This document shows, piece after piece, positions 28,500-36,176 of a DNA stretch of 36,176 nt. The translations under genes were made by a program, and so were the position numbers. Every line of letters begins with the position of its first letter. Position 1 is the stretch's first letter. Source of the stretch: Acidobacteriota bacterium (GTDB taxonomy: Bacteria > Acidobacteriota > UBA6911 > RPQK01 > JADFOI01); assembly GCA_036338555.1 (NCBI GenBank), contig JAYZBY010000045.1:1-36176 (forward strand), read 5' to 3'. The notes under the pieces are model-generated. The model saw nothing but the letters and a program-made list of their open reading frames with translations, searched no databases and was not told the DNA's origin.

Positions 28500-28700
28500 T
28501 TAACGGGGAGGATACTGCCGTCTCTTCTTCCGAGCCCGCTTCCTGGCCAGGGCCGCCTTCAATCGTTTCTTTTCTCCCGGCTTCAGGTTGAAAGCGTGCT
28601 TTTTGGCATCCCGTATGATGTCTTCCTGCTGCACCTTCCGCTTGAAGCGGCGCAGGGCGCTTTCCAGGGATTCGCCATCATGTACGATTACATCTGCCAA
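28500..28700 (-). CDS. rpsU: 30S ribosomal protein S21
   Basis: GESLESALRRFKRKV...KPGEKKR, basic tail; TTG start. Confidence 0.93.
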   Translation of the reverse strand: MADVIVHDGESLESALRRFKRKVQQEDIIRDAKKHAFNLKPGEKKRLKAALARKRARKKRRQYPPR

Positions 28701-28749
28701 GTCTTTTTGCCCTTCCAGTCAGGCCTTTTTGGCCGGATTCAAGCTACTT

Positions 28750-28779
28750 AGGATACGGGAGAGCCTTTTGATCTGTCAA
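28750..28779 (-). promoter_or_regulatory. sigma70-type promoter of rpsU
   Basis: TTGACA-N18-TATCCT. Confidence 0.65.
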
Positions 28780-28848
28780 GGGAGGGCATGGATGGCGGAA
28801 TAGGGGAGGGGCCTCCCGCTTCGCGGACTCGTGGGGTGGTGCAATCGA

Positions 28849-28918
28849 CCGGAATCGGCGCGCTGAGCGCCTCCTACACTCCGGAGGGCCGCTCTATGAG
28901 CGGCCGCTCTGTGAGCGG
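28849..28918 (-). repeat. two tandem REP-B hairpins followed by REP-A
   Basis: minus strand: CCGCTC-ACA-GAGCGG CCGCTC-ATA-GAGCGG ... CCGGAGTGTAGGAGGCGC-TCAGC-GCGCCGATTCCGG. Confidence 0.82.
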
Positions 28919-28948
28919 GCTTCAGGTCCACTCCGCCGTGTGTCCCTT

Positions 28949-28966
28949 GGTTAGGGGTCAGGGGTT
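28949..28966 (-). repeat. ACCCCTG-type heptamer repeat
   Basis: GGTTAGGGGTCAGGGGTT directly after the TPR gene stop. Confidence 0.7.
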
Positions 28967-28967
28967 C

Positions 28968-29789
28968 CTACTGCTCCCCCGGATCATAGTATCTGGCTTT
29001 TTCACCCAGGCGTTTGAGTAAATCGTCCTTGACCTGGGTAGGAAACTCCGATGTGGGAATAGTCTGGGCGACTTCTATCGCCTTGGACAGTTCCCCCAGA
29101 AACTCGTAGCTTTCAATTAATCCCAGCCGCGCGGTGCGCCGGCAGTCGGAACAGTTCGTTTCCTCCAGCACCTCGGAAAAATATTCCACTGACTCCTCGT
29201 ACCGAGTTTGGATCTGCATGATCGTTCCTGCTCGAGCTCGAGCCTGATCGGTTACATCGCCCACCTGTTCGTCGTTCATGAGAAGCTGGAACTCCCCCAG
29301 GGCCTTTTCGAACTGGTTCAGTTTGAAATGTGCATTTCCGATACTGAAACGCACCTGGCGGAGAGTTTCACGGGATATGTCCAGGGTGAGCAGTTGATTC
29401 CAGCAGGCGATGGCCTTGGGCAGGTCGGCCAGCTCCACCTCGTGGATCTGAGCGAGTTTCAAGTAGCTTTCAGCGGCCAGGGGGCTACCCGGATACTGTG
29501 TGGCCAGCTTGTGAAAAGAGATCAGCGCACGGTCTACGTCATAGAAATTGACGTAGTAAATGGTGCCGACTTCCCACAGCGCATCATCGACATACTGGCT
29601 CTTGGGATAATCCTGATAAACGGACTCGTAGAGCTCCACCGCTTCACGATAGTTTTTTACTCGCCACTGTTTTTGGGCTCGTCCAACCTGTACCCGCACC
29701 TCATTCTCGGTCCGAACGAAGACCCAGGAGGCCGCCAGAAAGATGAAAATGGGAATCGGAAGGACCCATCGAAGCTTGTCACTCATCAA
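28968..29789 (-). CDS. membrane-anchored tetratricopeptide-repeat protein
   Basis: N-terminal hydrophobic helix; YP.S...DDAL and [13 protein letters not shown]-like repeats; overlaps the gyrA 3' end. Confidence 0.8.
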   Translation of the reverse strand: MMSDKLRWVLPIPIFIFLAASWVFVRTENEVRVQVGRAQKQWRVKNYREAVELYESVYQDYPKSQYVDDALWEVGTIYYVNFYDVDRALISFHKLATQYPGSPLAAESYLKLAQIHEVELADLPKAIACWNQLLTLDISRETLRQVRFSIGNAHFKLNQFEKALGEFQLLMNDEQVGDVTDQARARAGTIMQIQTRYEESVEYFSEVLEETNCSDCRRTARLGLIESYEFLGELSKAIEVAQTIPTSEFPTQVKDDLLKRLGEKARYYDPGEQ

Positions 29790-32232
29790 GCTCTACTTCT
29801 TTTTCCTCCAGCACGTGAGTCATGGCTGCCACCTGATCATCCTCCCCGAGGTCAATAAGTTTGACGCCCTGAGCTCCCCGCGCAATGGTCTGGCGAATTT
29901 GGCCGGCCTCCAGGCGGATGATTTTCCCCTTGGCGGTAATGATGATCACCTCGGAGTCATCCTTCACGGCAAAGGCGCTGACCACCATACCGTTCCTCTT
30001 GGTCGTTTTGATGTTGATCACGCCCTGGCCGCCCCGGCCCTGTTGCCGATACTCACTGACCGCGGTTCGCTTTCCGAACCCTTTTTCCGTGACTGCCAAA
30101 ATGCCATAGGAGTCGTCGCGAATGATGTCCATGCTCACCAGTTCGTCGTCCTTTTTGAGGGCCATGCCCTTGACTCCCCGGGCCAGACGCCCCATGCTGC
30201 GAACCCGTTTCTCTGAAAAGCGGATGGCTTTCCCTCCACGAGAGCACAGGCAGATATCATCCTCGCCCTCGGTTTGGCCAACTGAGATAAGCTCGTCTCC
30301 TTGGGCCACGGCACAGGCGATGATGCCATTGGAACGCGGATTGGAGAAAGCCTTCAATTCCGTCTTTTTAATATAGCCTTTCCGGGAAACCATCACGACA
30401 TAGGTCGACTGGTTGAAATCCTGGACTGAAATAAGAGCGGAGACTTTCTCGCCCGGCTCCAGCTTGATCAAGCTGGCGATCGGTTTTCCCTTGCCTGCCG
30501 ATCCCACTTCCGGCAGCTCGTAAACTTTCAGCCAGTAAGCCCGGCCTTGACTGGTAAAACAAAGAACGTAACTGTGGGTGGAGGCCACGAACAGATAGTC
30601 GATGACATCCTCGGCGGTCCTGGTGGACATTCCGATACGTCCTTTTCCTCCTCTGTGCTGGCTTTTATAGGTATGCAAGGCAGTTCTCTTGATGTATCCG
30701 TTGTGGGTGGCGGTGATCACGGCCGACTCCTCAGGAATGAGGTCCTCTATCGTGATCTCGACTTCTTGGTCCGCAATCACGGTGCGCCGCGGGTTCTGGT
30801 ATTTTTCCTGAATCTCGATGAGCTCGCCTTTGATCACGTCCTTGAGAACCGTTTCGCTGGCTAGAATCTCTTTGAGCTGCTTGATCTGCTTGAGGATGTT
30901 GTTGTACTCCTCGAGAATCTTCCCCTGCTCCAGAGCGGTCAGCCGCTGCAGCTTCATGTCCAGAATGGCCTGCGCCTGCAATTCAGAGAATGAAAACTTC
31001 TGGGACAGCTTCTCCCTGGCTTCAGCCGGGGCTTTGGCCTTTCGAATCAAGGCAATCACGTTATCCAGCTCATCTAAGGCCTTTTTTAAGCCCTCCAGGA
31101 TATGAGCTCGTTTTTCAGCCTTTTCCAGCTCAAACCTGGTTCGGTGGCGGACCACTTCTTTGCGATGCCCCAGGAAAAGATTGATGATCTCCGGCAGCTT
31201 CAACACCCGTGGCTGGCCGTCCACCAGGGCCAGCAGGATGATTCCGAAGGAGGTTTGCATGGGGGTGAGCTTGTACAGGTTATTGAGAACAATTTGAGGT
31301 TGCTCCCCCCGTTTGAGTTCGATCACCACGCGCATACCCTGCCGATCGGATTCGTCTCGAAGATCGCTGATCCCCTCGAGCCTCTTGGCGTGCACCAAGT
31401 GGGCGATCTTCTCGATCAGCTTGGCCTTATTCACCTGATAGGGGAGTTCATGAATGATGATGGCATCGCGATCCTTTTCCACTTTTTCGATGGTCGCCCT
31501 AGCCCGTAACTTGATGATTCCCCTGCCCGTTTTGTAGGCCTTGCGGATCTCTTCTCTCCCATAGATAAAGCCCGCGGTCGGAAAATCTGGCCCAGGCACC
31601 AATTCCATCAGCTCCGCAACCGAGGCATCCGGCCGATCGATCAACAACAGGGCCGCGTCCACAATCTCACTTAGATTGTGGGGTGGAATATTGGTGGCCA
31701 TGCCCACCGCAATTCCAGAGGTGCCATTGACAATCAAATTGGGAATCCTGGCGGGCATGACCAGTGGCTCAATGAGGGTCTCGTCATAGTTGGGCTGAAA
31801 TTCCACCGTATCCTTGTCAAGGTCCGCCAGCAACTCCTCGGCTATCCGGGACATTCGAATCTCGGTATAACGCATCGCTGCCGCTGCATCGCCGTCAATC
31901 GATCCGAAGTTCCCCTGCCCATCCACCAGAGGCTCGCGCATGGAGAATTCCTGGGCCATCCGCACGATCGAATCGTAGACGGCGGTGTCCCCGTGAGGGT
32001 GGTATTTACCAATCACATCGCCGACCACGCGGGCTGATTTCTTGAACGGCTTGCTATGGGTATTCCCCAAATCGTTCATGGCGTATAGGATTCTTCGATG
32101 CACCGGCTTCAGGCCATCCCTCACATCCGGAAGCGCTCGCCCGATGATCACGGACATGGCATAGTCCAGGTAGGACGACTTCATTTCCTCTTCAATATTG
32201 ACGGGGACGACGCGGCCGCGATATTCGCGCAT
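29779..32232 (-). CDS. gyrA: DNA gyrase subunit A
   Basis: [29 protein letters not shown], GyrA-box QHRGGKG, C-terminal pinwheel repeats. Confidence 0.98.
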   Translation of the reverse strand: MREYRGRVVPVNIEEEMKSSYLDYAMSVIIGRALPDVRDGLKPVHRRILYAMNDLGNTHSKPFKKSARVVGDVIGKYHPHGDTAVYDSIVRMAQEFSMREPLVDGQGNFGSIDGDAAAAMRYTEIRMSRIAEELLADLDKDTVEFQPNYDETLIEPLVMPARIPNLIVNGTSGIAVGMATNIPPHNLSEIVDAALLLIDRPDASVAELMELVPGPDFPTAGFIYGREEIRKAYKTGRGIIKLRARATIEKVEKDRDAIIIHELPYQVNKAKLIEKIAHLVHAKRLEGISDLRDESDRQGMRVVIELKRGEQPQIVLNNLYKLTPMQTSFGIILLALVDGQPRVLKLPEIINLFLGHRKEVVRHRTRFELEKAEKRAHILEGLKKALDELDNVIALIRKAKAPAEAREKLSQKFSFSELQAQAILDMKLQRLTALEQGKILEEYNNILKQIKQLKEILASETVLKDVIKGELIEIQEKYQNPRRTVIADQEVEITIEDLIPEESAVITATHNGYIKRTALHTYKSQHRGGKGRIGMSTRTAEDVIDYLFVASTHSYVLCFTSQGRAYWLKVYELPEVGSAGKGKPIASLIKLEPGEKVSALISVQDFNQSTYVVMVSRKGYIKKTELKAFSNPRSNGIIACAVAQGDELISVGQTEGEDDICLCSRGGKAIRFSEKRVRSMGRLARGVKGMALKKDDELVSMDIIRDDSYGILAVTEKGFGKRTAVSEYRQQGRGGQGVINIKTTKRNGMVVSAFAVKDDSEVIIITAKGKIIRLEAGQIRQTIARGAQGVKLIDLGEDDQVAAMTHVLEEKEVELDE

Positions 32233-32284
32233 GAGTTCTCTCCTTATGGATTCGTCAAATCAAGTCAACTTGGATTGAGTCAGC

Positions 32285-34732
<2,448 letters not shown>

Positions 34733-34758
34733 TCAAAGTGTCCTAAAAAAGTACTATT

Positions 34759-34767
34759 ATTATATCA
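34759..34767 (-). promoter_or_regulatory. extended -10 promoter for gyrB
   Basis: TGaTATAAT 41 nt upstream of the ATG; GAGGGTG ribosome-binding site. Confidence 0.6.
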
Positions 34768-34794
34768 TATTACCCCTGTTGAGCCAGCCGAAAT

Positions 34795-34842
34795 ATGCAA
34801 AATATTGTGGTTTTTAATTATATAAGACCCAATATATTGTGG
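34795..34842. promoter_or_regulatory. tandem NrdR-like boxes
   Basis: ATGCAAAATATTGTGG (34795-34810) and ACCCAATATATTGTGG (34827-34842), starts 32 bp apart. Confidence 0.7.
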
Positions 34843-34946
34843 TATACGCAAATTTCTCAAACCGCTTCTCAAAAGCGGTCCCAAGAGGGTATTGGGGGGC
34901 CGTTTCAGGGGCTGAAATTGAGCTGAAAGAAAGCGAAAAAGCGGGC

Positions 34947-35174
34947 TACCCCGGATTTCTCACACCTGCTCGTCGCGAGGCAGCGTCGCCTTCATCTGAG
35001 GAACGAAGAAAGGGTCGGCCTGACAAGGCGCGCAACTGAGACCGAGGCAGGCGTACTTGCGGTACGCCGAGGAGGTCGAAGGAAACACAACACCGTCAGG
35101 GCGGATCATTCTTCACTTCGCTCAGATGAAGGCGAACGCCGACGCAGTAGGCGGGGTGTGAGGAGTCCGGGCTA
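34947..35174. mobile_element. ~225-bp palindromic MITE-like element (most intact copy)
   Basis: 18-bp terminal stem with 3 G:T pairs, perfect CGCCTTCATCTGAG/CTCAGATGAAGGCG, central GGCGTAC-TTGCG-GTACGCC, TA at both ends. Confidence 0.75.
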
Positions 35175-36176
35175 TAACTTCATGGGCATCAGCACATACT
35201 GATGCTGATAGCCCCCTTCCGGCTTGGGATTGAACAGCCCTTGGGTCTCTCCGTCACGGAGATGTAACTCAATTTCTTCGCTTTCCAATCCGGCCAGGAA
35301 GTCCAGCACATATCTGGCGTTGAATCCGATCTCCAGGCCGGCCCCCTGGTAGTTGGCAGGCACGGCTTCCTTGGCTTCTCCAATTTCCGTCCCGCTGGAT
35401 TGAATTTCCATTTGGCCCTTTTTTACCGAGAGGCGTACGGCGTGCGATTCCTCATCAGCCATGATGGAGACCCGCTTCAGCGCGCTTCCGAACTCGACAG
35501 TGCTCAAAGCCGCACATTGATCATTCTCTTGCGGGATGACCATGTTGTAATTGGGAAACTGCCCCGTTAGCACACGTGAAACCAGCAATCGCCCTCCGAG
35601 TCTGAAAAATAGATGATTTTCGCTATGGCCAAACTCGACCATGGAATCGCTTTCAGCCGTCAGTTTGCTGAGTTCATTGAGCGCCTTTTTGGGTACCAGT
35701 ACCCGGTTTTCGCTTTCCACCCCTTCGATTTCAGTGGCATGGGAGATGAAAACCAATCGATGGCCGTCGGTGGCAACGAAGGTGACCTTGCCCGAATCTA
35801 CAATCATCAAAGCTCCGCTTAACGTATACCTCGATTCCTCCTGAGTGATAGCAAAAGCGCACCGAGTGCTCATGTAGTGCAAAGGCTGGGCGGGGAGCGA
35901 AATGCTTTTCATATCAAGAGAGGGGATATCGGGAAAGTTCTCCTTGGACAAGCTCGCAATCTTGAACTTGGCCCTCTCGCAGGTGATGTGGATCCAGTTT
36001 TGCCCATCACTCTTGAAATGGATATCCGCTTCCGGCAAAAACCGGACGATGTCAAACAGCTTACGCGCAGACACGGCCAGAGCCCCGCTCGCCTTGATGG
36101 AGGCCGGGCAGGCACACTGCATGGTCACGTCCAAATCCGTCGCCGTTACGGCCAAGGTGTTGCCGGTGGTCTCGAG
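35172..36176 (-). CDS. dnaN: DNA polymerase III beta clamp (5' end outside window)
   Basis: ATDLDV, ESRYTLSG, VATDGHRL, GQFPNY, IGFNARY, YVLMPM. Confidence 0.96.
   Translation of the reverse strand, partial: LETTGNTLAVTATDLDVTMQCACPASIKASGALAVSARKLFDIVRFLPEADIHFKSDGQNWIHITCERAKFKIASLSKENFPDIPSLDMKSISLPAQPLHYMSTRCAFAITQEESRYTLSGALMIVDSGKVTFVATDGHRLVFISHATEIEGVESENRVLVPKKALNELSKLTAESDSMVEFGHSENHLFFRLGGRLLVSRVLTGQFPNYNMVIPQENDQCAALSTVEFGSALKRVSIMADEESHAVRLSVKKGQMEIQSSGTEIGEAKEAVPANYQGAGLEIGFNARYVLDFLAGLESEEIELHLRDGETQGLFNPKPEGGYQHQYVLMPMKL

Noticed and set aside
31975-32005. GyrA Thr at the Ser83-equivalent position as quinolone resistance
   Set aside because: Thr is a natural wild-type residue in many taxa.
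34740-34860. AT-rich tract as oriC/DUE with DnaA boxes
   Set aside because: The TGTGG sites have 3 mismatches to TGTGGATAA and fit NrdR boxes and a promoter better.

Overview
Housekeeping region of a GC-rich bacterial chromosome (probably Acidobacteriota; this is an inference from protein style) next to the replication origin. The right end holds partial dnaN, gyrB, gyrA, a membrane TPR gene, rpsU and an MFP plus two-RND efflux operon. The rest encodes pyk, an HD hydrolase, acs, a P-loop/dCMP deaminase fusion, purB-pncB-M20 peptidase, a metallo-beta-lactamase-fold hydrolase, mtaB, acpS, pgeF, FmdB-purD-purE and galU-serS-GntR-add. I found no transposase, integrase, CRISPR array, tRNA or rRNA. 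The unexplained structure is intergenic. (1) Gene 3' ends carry mosaics of several repeat modules (four different heptamer tandem repeats, a CACCACAGAG-type repeat, two REP-like palindromes, cGAAg hairpins), and the asymmetric modules are oriented with the adjacent gene. (2) A ~200-bp palindromic element with a conserved core occurs as two long and two partial copies. Regulatory candidates are tandem NrdR-like boxes before gyrBA, an ECF-type promoter before the efflux operon, several leaderless promoters and a leaderless micro-ORF overlapping the galU start. All calls are by eye; no searches were run.
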